NCBI GenBank assembly: GCA_963804645.1
Contig: CAWDRG010000015.1
Coordinates: 128,001-192,000, forward strand
Length of the DNA: 64,000 nt
Reading direction: 5' to 3'
Origin: an uncultured Bacillota bacterium
Lineage (GTDB): Bacteria; Sysuimicrobiota; Sysuimicrobiia; Sysuimicrobiales; Segetimicrobiaceae
In this document: piece by piece, positions 1-10,452 of the stretch
Layout of the letters: every line of letters starts with the position of its first letter
Numbering within the stretch: position 1 is the stretch's first letter
Program-made: the position numbers and the translations under genes
Notes under the pieces: model-generated
What the model was told of the DNA's origin: nothing
Database searches by the model: none
What the model saw: the letters and a program-made list of their open reading frames with translations, nothing else

Positions 1-92
1 TACGCACCTCGAGGCGGTCGCGGTGTAGTGAAGAATCGGCCCCAATTCCGTTGCAAAATATGGAGTTTTACCGTCCAACTGCGGAACTTGGG

Positions 93-1868
93 TTAGAGGT
101 CGCGCCGCGGGACGAGCGTCTGGTTCCGGCGGACGTCCCACACGCCGTGGTAGGTGACGCGGATGTCGGGCAGCGAGTCGATCGGCAGAAACAGCAGCGT
201 GTAGTGCGGGTCCGCGTGCGGGTACCCGCGCGCCCGCAGGAACGCGTACAGCGCGCGCAGCCGCTCGGCGAGCGCGGGCAGCGTCCCGGTCGCCATCACC
301 CCGCCGATCGGGAGGGGCAGCTCCAGCACCACGTCGCCGTCCTCCACCGCGACGATGCCGCCTCCGAGCGCGAGCACCCTGCGGGCGGCGAGGGTCATGT
401 CGTCGGGGCGCTGGCCGAGGACGGTCAGATGCGCGATGACGTTGAACGACGACGCCAGTCCGCCCAGCCGTCCCGCGAAGTTGCCGAGCGCCCCGTTCGT
501 GATCCACCGTCCCGCCGGATCGACGAGCGCCACGCGTACGACCTCCGGGGGCCACGCCAAGACGCCGTGGGAGACCGGCACCGTGAGATCGCGTCGGCGC
601 GTGATGACGCTGTTCTCGAGGTGCATCACCGGAAACGCCACGTGCGCCGCGCCGCCGGTGTCACCGGGCAGGTCGGCGGCGCGGGTGTCGAACCACGACG
701 GCTCGGGCGCCCACCCGGAGCGGAACCGCGGCGGGAAGAACCTCGCCCACTCGATCTCGGGAAACGCGGCGACGGTCCGGCCGTCCCGCGCGGCGACGGT
801 CCCGGCGGCCAGCACGAGTTCCGGCGTGGGGTCGCGCACGTCGGCGAGCACGGCGATGTCCGCACGCCGGCCCGGGCCGATCCCGCCGATCTCCTCGTCC
901 AGGCTGAAGTAGGTCGCGGGGGTGAGCGTCGCCATCTGATACGCGAGGACGGGCGGGATGCCGGACATGATCGCCTGGCGGATGGCGTGGTTCATGTGGC
1001 CCTGCTCCACGATCGTGACCGGCTCGGGTCCGTCGGTCACCAGCATCAGCCGCGCCGACATCGCGCGCTCCGTGGTGACCGCCGGGGCGAGCGCGGGGAC
1101 ATCCGGCCGCAGCGACGAGTGCCGCAGCATCGTATAGATGCCGGCCCGCAGCCGCGCCAGGACCTCGTTCGGGGTGATCGCCTCGTGATCCGCGGACCAG
1201 CCGGCCGCGGCGAGCGCGACCAGCCGGTCGTACGACACGCCGGGCGCGTGCCCCTCGATCCGGCGCCCCGCGGCGAGCGCGAGCGAGATTTTCTGCAGCA
1301 GCGTGTCGCTGCCGCGGTACAGCGCGGCCCAGCGCGTCACCTCGCCCACGGTCCGGACACTGTCGAGCTCGAGGAGCGGGGCGAGGTGGTCGAGATCGAA
1401 CATCGTTTCATCGGCGAGCGCGGAGGCCGGATCGAGACGCAGCGACCAGTAGATTCTGACGGGCAGGTCGGCGGTCGTCTCGAGCGCCTCCGGAATCAGC
1501 GCCGGCGGCGTCTGCTGGAGGAAGTGCAGGGTGTCGGCGACCATGGCCGTCGTGCCGGTGCGCAGGACCTCGCGCGCGAACTCGACAGGCGTGGCGATGC
1601 CGGTGATGTGGGTGTGGGGATCGATGTACCCGGGGACGAGCGTCCTGCCCGGTAGGGTGAGGACGTCGGTCTCCGGTCCCACCATCGCGCGGCTGTCGCC
1701 GACGTACGCGATCCGTCCGCGTGCGATCGCCACGCCCGCGGGGTAGAGCTCCCCGCTGTACACGTTGAGGAGGGTGGCGCCGTCGAGGTAGCGGTCTGCG
1801 GGGCGGCGCCCGGCGGCCACCTCGAGCAAGTGTCGGCTGTCTTCGAGCGTCCTGAGCGTGCGTCTCAC
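93..1868 (-). CDS. ade: Adenine deaminase (amidohydrolase family)
   Basis: PGYIDPHTHI metal motif, EGHAPG, SADHE, LVTDG, GIGPGRRADIAVL and C-terminal GG(I)VAV..LPLPIGGVM. Start set at GTG 1868, just after the upstream stop. Confidence 0.85.
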   Translation of the reverse strand: MRRTLRTLEDSRHLLEVAAGRRPADRYLDGATLLNVYSGELYPAGVAIARGRIAYVGDSRAMVGPETDVLTLPGRTLVPGYIDPHTHITGIATPVEFAREVLRTGTTAMVADTLHFLQQTPPALIPEALETTADLPVRIYWSLRLDPASALADETMFDLDHLAPLLELDSVRTVGEVTRWAALYRGSDTLLQKISLALAAGRRIEGHAPGVSYDRLVALAAAGWSADHEAITPNEVLARLRAGIYTMLRHSSLRPDVPALAPAVTTERAMSARLMLVTDGPEPVTIVEQGHMNHAIRQAIMSGIPPVLAYQMATLTPATYFSLDEEIGGIGPGRRADIAVLADVRDPTPELVLAAGTVAARDGRTVAAFPEIEWARFFPPRFRSGWAPEPSWFDTRAADLPGDTGGAAHVAFPVMHLENSVITRRRDLTVPVSHGVLAWPPEVVRVALVDPAGRWITNGALGNFAGRLGGLASSFNVIAHLTVLGQRPDDMTLAARRVLALGGGIVAVEDGDVVLELPLPIGGVMATGTLPALAERLRALYAFLRARGYPHADPHYTLLFLPIDSLPDIRVTYHGVWDVRRNQTLVPRRDL

Positions 1869-1876
1869 CGCGGCGC

Positions 1877-2221
1877 CTAGAAGATCCGCCCGCCGAGCGG
1901 GACCTCTCGCTCCAGGCTGAGCAGGACCACCCGCCCGTCTGGATCGGGCGCCCCGAGGACGAGCACTTCCGAGGCGAATCCCGCGATCGATCGCACTCCC
2001 AAGTTCATCGCGGCGACGACTTGGCGGCCGACGAGGAACGCGGGATCGTACAGGTCCGTCAGCTGTGCGCTGGACGTCCGCTCGCCGAGCGGCCCAAAGT
2101 CGATCCACAGTTGATACGACGGCTTTCGGGCCTTGGGATGGCGCTCGGCGCGCACGATCCGGCCGACCCGCATCTCGACGGCCTGGAACGCGTCGAGCGC
2201 GTGCGCGGGGGTGTCGGGCAC
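1877..2221 (-). CDS. csaA: CsaA-like tRNA-binding / protein-secretion chaperone
   Basis: C-terminal part of ORF 1877..3748: EMRVGRIVRAE..PKARKPSYQLWIDFGPLG..SSAQLT..LVGRQV..N...R.IAGF.SEVLVLG. Confidence 0.85.
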   Translation of the reverse strand: MPDTPAHALDAFQAVEMRVGRIVRAERHPKARKPSYQLWIDFGPLGERTSSAQLTDLYDPAFLVGRQVVAAMNLGVRSIAGFASEVLVLGAPDPDGRVVLLSLEREVPLGGRIF

Positions 2222-2226
2222 GGACG

Positions 2227-3709
2227 CTACGCCGGCGACACGAGGTAGCGGAGCAGCGTGCGCACCCCGAATCCGGTCCCGCCCGAGGAGATGTACGGCG
2301 CGGCGAACTTTTCGTCGTAGAACGCCGGGCCGGCGATGTCGAGATGGGCCCAGGGCGTCCCGGCCACGAACTCGCCCATAAACGCGGCCGCCCGCTCCGC
2401 GCCGGCCTGCCGGCCACCGGAGTTCTTGAGGTCGGAGATCTCTCCCCGCATCGCGTCGAGGAACTCGTCGTACATCGGCAGCTGCCAGATCTGTTCGCCC
2501 GTCTCCGCGCCGGCGCGCAGGATGCGGTCCATCAGCGGCTGGTTGTTGCCCATGAGCCCAGCCGTATGATCGCCGAGCGCGATCACGCAGGACCCGGTCA
2601 GCGTCGCGAGGTCGATCAGTTCGGTCGCCCCCTCGCGCACCGCGAACGCCAGCGCGTCCGCGAGCACGAGCCGTCCCTCCGCGTCGGTGTTGTTGATCTC
2701 GACGGTCTTGCCTCCCAGACCGCGGACGATGTCGCCGGGCTTCACGGCGCGGCCGCTGATCATGTTCTCGGTGGCCGCCGCGATGCCGAGCACCCGCACC
2801 GGCACGTTGTAGGCCCGGAGCCCGCTCATCGCGCCGACGACCGCCGCCGCGCCGCCCATGTCGCCCTTCATCGTGCTCATGCCGCCCGCGGTCTTGATGG
2901 ACAGCCCGCCGCTGTCGAACGTGATGCCCTTGCCGACGAGCGCCACCCGCCGCGTGCCCGTCGTGCTTCCCGGCGGGCTCGTACTCCATGACGATAAACT
3001 TGGCGGGCTGGTCGCTCGCCGCCGCGACCGCGGCGAAGAGGCCCATCCCCATCGCGCGCGCGTCATCCAGTTCGATGATGCGGCACCGCATCTGACCGGC
3101 TTCGGCCACCGCGCGGGCCGTGTCGGCGAGCGCGGTCGGGGTGAGCACGTTCGCCGGTTCGTTGACGAGATCGCGCGCGAGGCAGGTCGCTTGGACCGCC
3201 GCCTCGGCGAGGCGGAGCGCCTCGCCGAGCGCCGTCCGGTCGCCGCCGGAGGCGAGGATCGCCGCCTCCTCGACCGCGGGAGTGCCGTCGCTCGCGCGGT
3301 ACCGGTCGAACCGGTATGCGCCGAGTCCCGCTCCCTCCACCACGGCACGGACGTGCTCGGGAGCCGACGGACCTTCGACGCTGGAGGCGAGCGCGATTCG
3401 CGTCGCGTGGGCGTCGCGCGCGCGCCGAACCGCGACCGCGGCGTAACGCCGCATCGCTTCCGGCGACGGCTGCGCGCCGACGCCGACGAGCGTCACACGG
3501 CGAAACGGCGTGTCGGGGGCAAACAGCGTCGCGGTGGTGCCTCGCTTGCCCGTGAACCCCTCCGCGCGGATCAACTCGGACAGCCGCCCGCCGACCGCTC
3601 GATCTACGGCGGCGGCGGACGCGCTGAGCGTCCCCGGCTCCGGGACAGGCACGGCCAGCAACTCACCGGTCACCTTCTGCAGGGCGGTATCGCTGAGGGT
3701 CACGCGCAT
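2227..3709 (-). CDS. pepA: Leucyl aminopeptidase (M17), split by a frameshift near 2960
   Basis: N-half ARDLVNEPANVLTP in one frame. C-half LVGKGITFDSGG, MKGDMGGAAAV, NTDAEGRLVLAD and WAHLDIAG in another frame. RBS GGAGG before ATG 3709. Confidence 0.85.
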
Positions 3710-3795
3710 CAAAGGACCTCCCGGGTGCGGCCGCTGGACCGACCGCAAGATGGCGCGCGCCTGGCGCGCCCCGCACAGTATTGTCGCCGGTCGCG

Positions 3796-3821
3796 GGAAT
3801 CCCCTCCGCCGGCCTCGCGTT
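3796..3821 (+). promoter_or_regulatory. Putative SigH/SigR-type ECF promoter (GGAAT-N18-GTT)
   Basis: GGAAT 3796-3800 and GTT 3819-3821, 38 bp upstream of ATG 3859. The same motif occurs at 39886 and 43181. Confidence 0.4.
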
Positions 3822-3858
3822 GACCGCGCGTCGGTCCCGGGCGTACACTCGGCGTATC

Positions 3859-4566
3859 ATGACGTGGCGCCGCGCGCTCGCCGCGCTGCTGGTGTTCGCC
3901 TTTGGGTCCGGCATGCCGCGCCCCGACCCCGGGGCGGCGGCCGCCCAGGCCGCGCTCGTGTTCGTGCACGCGGGGCGCAGCCTCGCGGCGCTCGCCCCGC
4001 TGTACGCGCTGCGGCGGCCGCTCGGGCTCGGGATTCTGCCGCGTCACGCCTACTCGGTGGAGATCTCCAAGGACGCGCCGGCGCACGGCGTCGAGCCGCT
4101 GCTGGACGTTCCGATCAGCGGGCTGGGCGCCGGTGGCGCGCCGCGCGACCAGGAGATCCGTCAGGCTGTGCTCGATGAGTTCTTCACCACGCCGGGCGTC
4201 GTCGCGCTGCGCCTTGACGCCGACGCACGGACGGCGCCGGACGCGCGGGTGGTCCGCGACATTTTCGAGGTCGCGCGCGCCCGGGGGGTGTGGTTCCTCG
4301 ACGCGCCCGGCGGCTCGGCCGCCGCCGGCACCGCCGGGGCCCTCGGAGTTCCGGTGCTTGTCGCCAGCGACGAGATCGACGCGACCCCGTCGGACGGGGC
4401 TGTCGCATCACGCGTCCGGGCGCTGATTGCGCGTGCGCGGCGGGCCGGTCAGGCGATCGGCATCGCGCGGCTCGACGGCCCCGCGCTCGCGGTCGTGGCC
4501 CGGCTGCTCCCGGAGTTCGATCGTGCCGGCGTGACGCTCGTGCCGCCGTCAGCGTTTCTGCGATAG
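3859..4566 (+). CDS. Degenerate divergent polysaccharide deacetylase (YibQ-like) family protein, secreted
   Basis: Signal-like N-terminus. Collinear with the 4581..5585 protein (ILPRHAYS, LLDVP, WFLD, AIGIA, LPEFDRAGVTLV) but lacks the DD and H motifs. Confidence 0.6.
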   Translation: MTWRRALAALLVFAFGSGMPRPDPGAAAAQAALVFVHAGRSLAALAPLYALRRPLGLGILPRHAYSVEISKDAPAHGVEPLLDVPISGLGAGGAPRDQEIRQAVLDEFFTTPGVVALRLDADARTAPDARVVRDIFEVARARGVWFLDAPGGSAAAGTAGALGVPVLVASDEIDATPSDGAVASRVRALIARARRAGQAIGIARLDGPALAVVARLLPEFDRAGVTLVPPSAFLR

Positions 4567-4580
4567 GCGCCGCGGACGGC

Positions 4581-5585
4581 TTACTGCACCAACTGCGAGA
4601 CTCCCACCAGCTCGATTCCCGCTTCGTCGAACTCCGCGTACATCGAGCGCAGCACCGCGGCCGTCACCTTGCCGACGTGCCCGATCGCGATCGCCTGGCC
4701 GCGCGTGAGTGCAATTTGGATGAGCGCGTGAAACTGTGCGCGCACCGAGGCGTCCGTGTTCTCGTTGTCGAGGAACACCGCGCGCGCGGCTGTGGGCACG
4801 CCCATCTGACGCGCGACCACGGCGCCGACCGACCGGGATGACGTCATGCTGTCCACGAAGAACAGGTGCCGGGCGCGGATGACCGAGATCACGTCCTGCA
4901 TCACGCGCGGATCCGCGGTGCCGCGGGATCCTTCGTGGTTGTTGGCTCCGATGGCGTTCGGTACGGTGTCGAGATCCCCGGCCACGGTGTCGCGGATTGC
5001 CTGGTCGCTCATGTCCACTGTGACAACGCCGGGGCCGAGCGTGATTGCCGGATCCTCCGGCTGCACCGGGAGATGCAGGATGATCTGCACGCCGTGTGCG
5101 GGTGCCTCCTCGGCGATCGGGGTGGAGAACGGCAGGTGGGGCAGCACCGACATCGTGACCGGGCGGCCCAGCGCCTCGACCTCGCGCGCGGTCAGGATGC
5201 TGTAGCCGGCGTCGTCGAAGATGATCGCCACGCGCGCATGCGGCGGCCGTCCCTGGGTTTCGGGTTCGTGCAGGGCCGGGGGGCCGGGCTCGATCGCCGG
5301 CGCCTCGGAGGCCTCTGGGTTTTGCCGCGGCAGGGGGACGGGCGCAGCCGGGGCTGGCGCTTGGGACACCTCCGGCCGCGGCTGCGGCGCCGGCTTGGCG
5401 CGGTGAGGCTGCGTCGCCGCTGGGTGCCGGGCGGGGTGTGACGAGATCGCGGCGCGGGGAGGGGCCGGCACCGCGTGGCGGAATCCCCACAGGCCTGCGA
5501 GGACGAACCCGGCGCCCAGGATGACGCCGAGGATGAGTCCGGTCAGCCACGATGGGGACCGCCGAGCCGATCGCCGCTTCGCCAT
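4581..5585 (-). CDS. Divergent polysaccharide deacetylase family protein (YibQ-like)
   Basis: IIFDDAG, ILHLPVQP, NNHEGS, FVDSMTS, VFLDN, AIAIGH motifs. N-terminal TM anchor followed by a Pro-rich linker. Confidence 0.85.
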   Translation of the reverse strand: MAKRRSARRSPSWLTGLILGVILGAGFVLAGLWGFRHAVPAPPRAAISSHPARHPAATQPHRAKPAPQPRPEVSQAPAPAAPVPLPRQNPEASEAPAIEPGPPALHEPETQGRPPHARVAIIFDDAGYSILTAREVEALGRPVTMSVLPHLPFSTPIAEEAPAHGVQIILHLPVQPEDPAITLGPGVVTVDMSDQAIRDTVAGDLDTVPNAIGANNHEGSRGTADPRVMQDVISVIRARHLFFVDSMTSSRSVGAVVARQMGVPTAARAVFLDNENTDASVRAQFHALIQIALTRGQAIAIGHVGKVTAAVLRSMYAEFDEAGIELVGVSQLVQ

Positions 5586-5630
5586 GTCGTGATCCTCCAC
5601 GTGGGGTGAGTGTCGGCCTCGAGCGGACTG

Positions 5631-7355
5631 CTACGGCGCCGCCGACTGCTGGGCGGCGAGGTACTGTTGGATGCCCTGAAAGATTCCCTGGGCGATGAGC
5701 TGCTGCTGCCCCGGGTCCCGCAGTTGCTGCTCTTCACGCGGGTTGGTTACGAACGCCGTTTCCACGAGGATCGCCGGGATCTTCGCGTCGTCGACCAGCA
5801 CCTCGAACCGCGCCTGGGTCACACCGCGCGGCGCGAGGCCGGCGGCCCGGCTGACCCCTGTGAGTACGGCCTGGGCGAGCGGCACGCTTTGGGGCGTATA
5901 GTAGAACGTCTGCGTCCCGCGGGCGTTCGGGTCTACCGACGCGTTCGCGTGGATGCTGATGAAGAGCGTGGCGCCCGCGCGCTGCGCCACGACGGCGCGG
6001 TCGTCGAGCGCCACGAAAACGTCGCTCTGACGCACCATGACCGTGTCGATGTGCTGCTGGCTCAGCAGCGCGTAGAGGTCGCCCGCGATCGCCAGAACGA
6101 TGTCCTTCTCGCGCACGCCGTCCGGTCCGATGGCGCCGGGATCGCTGCCGCCGTGGCCGGGGTCGATCGCGACGACCACGGGCCCCCGTGGTGCGGCCCC
6201 CGGCGGCGCCGCCGGCCCGGGACCAGGTGCGCCGGCGGTCGCGGCCCCGAGGTCCAACTCGGTCTGCGTCGCGTCCGCCCGCATCACGAACGCGGTGGGC
6301 CGCGCAAGCTGCACGACGATCCGGACGATGTCCGGCGCCTTGTGGAACTGGGCGGCGCGCACCTGCGTCACCAGCCCGTCGTTCACATCGATCGCCTGCT
6401 TCACCGGGATGAAGATCGCATTCGCGGCGTCGAGCACGATCCGGTCGGGACTCCTGAGCACGTGCTGGCTGAACTGCACGGGGGCGGTGCTGTCGACCAG
6501 GAGCCGTCCCCCGCCGTCCACCTGCTGGTAGGCCACGTTGGTGATTTTGGCCTCGCCGGGCGCGATCGGACCGGCCGGCGCCGGCGCCGCGGTGGGGGGG
6601 AGGAGCGTCAAGACCGCGTGGCGGCCGGCGGCGTCGCCGTGGAACTCGTACGGGACGGGCTCCGTCAGCGTCAGCACGATCTGCGTGCCGGACGGCGAGG
6701 TCGCGACCGCCACGGTGGAGAGCGGTCCCTCGTGGACGTCGACGACGGGCTGGTCGAGTTTCGCGATGGCCCCGATCACGTCGATGACGATGCGGTCCGG
6801 GCCGGAGAGCTCGATCGCCCGGGCGTGCAGCGGCGCGGTACCGTCGAGCTCCACGGCCAGGCCGCCGCCGGCGGCCTGCCAGGTGACTCCCGTGATCTGG
6901 GCGCTGATGCTCAGCGTCTGCGTCGCGGCATCGTAGCTGGTGATGTCTCCGAGTGTGTCGAACACCCACTGGACAGGGATCAGCACGCGTCCGAACACGG
7001 TGACCAGCGGGATCGGAATCGGCCGGCGCTCACCGTTCACGGTGGCGTAGGGATCGTTGGGACGGAGCTGCATCTCGTCCCCGGCCGCGCCGATGAGGGT
7101 GAGCGTTTCGGTGCGCGGATCCCATGCGGCGCGCGCGCCGAGGGGGTCGGCGAGCCCCTGGAACGGGGCCATCACGACGCCGTTCTGGACGATCGCATTG
7201 CCCTGGAGCGGCACGAGTTCGCCGTCGACGATGACGCGCAGCGGGGTCGACTGGGCGAGGGAGGCGGCGGGCTGCAGGACGATGCTCGGCGCCGCGGTCA
7301 GCATGACCAGCAACGCCACGCCGAACGCCCGGCGTGTCCCGGCTCCGATGCGCAC
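5631..7355 (-). CDS. N-acetylmuramoyl-L-alanine amidase (Amidase_3) with copper-amine-oxidase-like N-domain and two AMIN domains
   Basis: IDPGHGGSDPGA, EK, FISIHANA, AILVETAFVTN. Two PDRIV(I/L)D AMIN-like segments. RBS AGGAGG before GTG 7355. Confidence 0.9.
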   Translation of the reverse strand: MRIGAGTRRAFGVALLVMLTAAPSIVLQPAASLAQSTPLRVIVDGELVPLQGNAIVQNGVVMAPFQGLADPLGARAAWDPRTETLTLIGAAGDEMQLRPNDPYATVNGERRPIPIPLVTVFGRVLIPVQWVFDTLGDITSYDAATQTLSISAQITGVTWQAAGGGLAVELDGTAPLHARAIELSGPDRIVIDVIGAIAKLDQPVVDVHEGPLSTVAVATSPSGTQIVLTLTEPVPYEFHGDAAGRHAVLTLLPPTAAPAPAGPIAPGEAKITNVAYQQVDGGGRLLVDSTAPVQFSQHVLRSPDRIVLDAANAIFIPVKQAIDVNDGLVTQVRAAQFHKAPDIVRIVVQLARPTAFVMRADATQTELDLGAATAGAPGPGPAAPPGAAPRGPVVVAIDPGHGGSDPGAIGPDGVREKDIVLAIAGDLYALLSQQHIDTVMVRQSDVFVALDDRAVVAQRAGATLFISIHANASVDPNARGTQTFYYTPQSVPLAQAVLTGVSRAAGLAPRGVTQARFEVLVDDAKIPAILVETAFVTNPREEQQLRDPGQQQLIAQGIFQGIQQYLAAQQSAAP

Positions 7356-7500
7356 AATCGATCCTCCTACCACTGCTGCGATGTCAGCTGCGATCTCTGC
7401 GGCGTCCGCCGGGCCTGCGCAGGGCCGGACCTCGGGCGTCTTGGGCCTTACTACGCCGGACCGAAAGGAACTCCTGCTCGCGCGGACCGGGCGCTCCGTG

Positions 7501-8373
7501 CTATCGGATCCACACCTCGTCGATCGGCGGCTCGTCGGCCCCCCGCCCGAGCGGATCGAGTCCGAGGTTGTCGGTCATGGTGCGGCAGAAACCGTAGTGC
7601 GTGTGGTGGCGCGTGGAGGCGATCCCCCGGCTCACACCGCGTCCCCACCACGCGGCGAACACGCGGTTGCCCGGCCGCCCGTCGTTCTCGTCGTAGGTGA
7701 GAAACAGCGCGGGGTAGCGGCCGGAGCCGTCCGGGGTCGTGAACCAGGGCGACGCCGCGAGCGCGTCGAGCAGGCTGGTGACGTTGCGGTCCGCGAGCGA
7801 GAAGTTGCCGTTGTGCAGGTCGTTGTCGTCGTCCCAGCCTACGTACACCAGCGCGGCGGGCGGCAGGCCGCCGGCAAGGTCCCGACGGAACACGTCGAAG
7901 CCGCGGCGCTGGGCGGCCAGGGGAGCGTGCAGGTCGACGAACGGGTTGTGCCGCGCGGCGATCGTGCCGGCGAGATGGTAGACGTACGTCGGGACCGGCG
8001 GGACGAGCGCCGCGGCGGCGCTCGCCACCGACGGATGGAACGTGTCAACGATCTCTCCGGTGCCCCAGGCTTCTCCCGAGATCATCGCTCGGTAGTTCGG
8101 GCCGGACGGATGGCCGATCGCATCGTAATTCGAGAGCACGGCGCCCTCGCGGGCGAGGCGCACGTGCGACGGCAGCGTCTCGACCGTGGAGTACGCCCGG
8201 TTCTCGAGCACGCCAAAGACGAGGCTGCTCCACCACCGTGCGGCCGCGCGCGCCGGCGCCCTACCCCAGAGGAGCGTCGCGCCCGCCGCGGCGGCGCCCG
8301 CGAGGGCCCGGCGGGTGATGCGTCGGGGTGCCGGGTGCTGCTGGAGGTCGGCCGGTACGAACCCTGCGCTCAT
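7501..8373 (-). CDS. Phosphoesterase / acid phosphatase family protein, probable Tat substrate
   Basis: TRRALAG Tat-like leader; VLENR, HPSGPNYRAMISG, RHNPF, NDLHNG, LTYDE. Confidence 0.7.
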   Translation of the reverse strand: MSAGFVPADLQQHPAPRRITRRALAGAAAAGATLLWGRAPARAAARWWSSLVFGVLENRAYSTVETLPSHVRLAREGAVLSNYDAIGHPSGPNYRAMISGEAWGTGEIVDTFHPSVASAAAALVPPVPTYVYHLAGTIAARHNPFVDLHAPLAAQRRGFDVFRRDLAGGLPPAALVYVGWDDDNDLHNGNFSLADRNVTSLLDALAASPWFTTPDGSGRYPALFLTYDENDGRPGNRVFAAWWGRGVSRGIASTRHHTHYGFCRTMTDNLGLDPLGRGADEPPIDEVWIR

Positions 8374-8451
8374 CGATACTTCCTATAATACAGCGACGCC
8401 GCGGCGCCCTCTCGCGGTTCCGCCGCGCCCGGCCCGAGGGCCCCGGTGTGA

Positions 8452-9342
8452 CTACTCGGGCGTGCTGTTGAGAAATGCGAGGAGGCGGCGCGGCGCCGGC
8501 TGGGGGGCTTGGCAGAAGGCGACCCAGGTCTCCGCGAGCCGCCCGATCGCGTCCGGGTCCAGCGGTCTGCCGGCGACGCCGGCGGGAGCATCCCACCGCG
8601 GCCCGTCGAGCTGCAGGCCGAGCTGGTCCGCATAGTCCATCGCGGCGTCCGCGGTGGCCCGGATCGCGGCCCCGCCTTCCATCGGCCGCCCGGCGCCGTC
8701 TTCGTAGATCGCGACCAGCGTGGTCGTCAGCCCCGCGAGCCCCGCGACCGCGCGGAGCGTGATCCACTGGTCCTGGATGCTTGCCCGGGGGTTCCAGAGC
8801 GTCGGGGGCGCCGCGCCGTTTGCCTGCACGGGGCCGTAGGCCTGGGCGGGCGTTTCCTCCCCGGCCTGGATCGCGCCCACCCACCGCGCGAGCAGCGTGT
8901 AGCAGGTCGACGCGGCCTGCAGCACGCCGCGCGGGCCGTCGCCCTTGCGGTACGCCCGGCTCGTGATGCCCGCCGCGGCGTCGATGACTTTCCCGGCGAG
9001 GTCGGGAGGGGCGAGCCGCGGGAGGCGGACCGTGCGCTCGAACAGCATCTCGGTCATGAGCGTCACGCGGTCCCCGGTGGCGTATCGGTCATCGCGCCGC
9101 TCGGTCTCCCGGCGCAGCGTGTCGCGAAGCCGGGGCCCGAGGGTATGAAAGAGTTCGATGCCGATGCGCACCGGGGCGAAAATACAGACGAGCCAGACGG
9201 TCAGCACGATGAACAGGTGGGCGGGCCCGACGGCGGCCAGCGTGACGAACGCCCCGAGGAGGCACACGGCGAGCCACGCGCGTCCGACCGTGCGCCGCGC
9301 GGCGGGACGGCTCAGGCGGGCCAGACGGGAGCGCAGCATCAT
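8452..9342 (-). CDS. Hypothetical membrane protein
   Basis: Two N-terminal hydrophobic helices followed by a helical soluble region; no family recognised. Confidence 0.55.
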   Translation of the reverse strand: MMLRSRLARLSRPAARRTVGRAWLAVCLLGAFVTLAAVGPAHLFIVLTVWLVCIFAPVRIGIELFHTLGPRLRDTLRRETERRDDRYATGDRVTLMTEMLFERTVRLPRLAPPDLAGKVIDAAAGITSRAYRKGDGPRGVLQAASTCYTLLARWVGAIQAGEETPAQAYGPVQANGAAPPTLWNPRASIQDQWITLRAVAGLAGLTTTLVAIYEDGAGRPMEGGAAIRATADAAMDYADQLGLQLDGPRWDAPAGVAGRPLDPDAIGRLAETWVAFCQAPQPAPRRLLAFLNSTPE

Positions 9343-9477
9343 CGTGCGGCGCGGCGCTTGAGAAGGGTGCGGCGTGGGGCCATGATATCTCCTCGATGAC
9401 GCGCGGCTGCGGCGGGTTTGCTTACAGATCGGCGACCATATGATACCATAAGCGGTGGCGCGTTGAGGAGGGCATGA

Positions 9478-10452
9478 GTGCCGAGCATTGCCGACTCGCG
9501 GTCCCAGATGGTTCAGTTTGTATTTCCCGAGCACACCAACCAACGCGGTAACCTGTACGGCGGCCGGATGATGTCCTGGATCGCGACGGCTGGGACGCTG
9601 GCGGCGTCTCGGTTTGCCCGGCGTGCGGTGGTCCTCGGCGCGATGGACGATTTGGATTTTCTCGCGCCGATTCGCCTGGGCGAGATCGTGACGATGGACG
9701 CGCAGGTGGAGTTTGTCGGGCGGTCGTCGCTCGAGGTCGGCGTCGACGTCCACGCGGAGTCCCCGCGCGGCGGGGACCGGCGCCACGCGACCTCATCCCA
9801 TCTGGCGTTCATCGCGCTCGACGACGCGGCGTGCCCCTGGCCGGTGACGCAGACGCTCGTGCCGGCGTCGGAGCTCGAGGAAGCGCTGTGGAACGAGGGG
9901 GCGGCGCGCCGCGCCGCGCGCCTCGCGCGGCTGCGCGCCCGGCGGGACGGCGCCGATGTGATCCCGAACGCCCGGGTGCGGTACGGGGTGACGCTGTCGC
10001 GCATCGTGCGGCCGGAGGACGCCCTGACCGGCACGCTGATGTTCGCCGGCAAGCTGCTCGAGATGCTCGACGAGGTGGCCGCGATCACCGCCGTCCGGTA
10101 CTGCCGCGGGGGCACCGTGACGGCGTCGCTCGATACCGTTTACTTTTACCACCCGCTGCGGGTCGGCCAGATCGTCGATTTCCGGAGCGCCCTGACCCAC
10201 GTCGCCCGGTCGTCGATGGAGATCGGCGTCCGCATAGACAGCGAGGAACCGCGCACCGGCGTGCGCAGCCACACCTGCACGGCGTTTCTCACGATGGTGC
10301 ACCTCGACGACGAGGGGAAGCCGAGCCCCGTGCCGGCGTTCACGCCCGAGAGCCAGGATGAGCGGCGTCTGTGGGATGAAGCGGAGCGCCGGATCGAGGC
10401 GCGCCGCCAGCGCGTTGAGGCGCTGCGGCACCCCGCCGGATCCGAATGGTGA
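9478..10452 (+). CDS. Acyl-CoA thioesterase, tandem hotdog domains
   Basis: VFPEHTN..GNLYGG / GRSSLEVGV and P.DA..GTLMFAG / RSSMEIGV. RBS GAGGAGG. Confidence 0.85.
   Translation: MPSIADSRSQMVQFVFPEHTNQRGNLYGGRMMSWIATAGTLAASRFARRAVVLGAMDDLDFLAPIRLGEIVTMDAQVEFVGRSSLEVGVDVHAESPRGGDRRHATSSHLAFIALDDAACPWPVTQTLVPASELEEALWNEGAARRAARLARLRARRDGADVIPNARVRYGVTLSRIVRPEDALTGTLMFAGKLLEMLDEVAAITAVRYCRGGTVTASLDTVYFYHPLRVGQIVDFRSALTHVARSSMEIGVRIDSEEPRTGVRSHTCTAFLTMVHLDDEGKPSPVPAFTPESQDERRLWDEAERRIEARRQRVEALRHPAGSEW

Noticed and set aside
1877..3748. PepA-CsaA fusion suggested by the ORF track
   Set aside because: This is an artefact of the pepA frameshift; the middle of the ORF is out-of-frame sequence.
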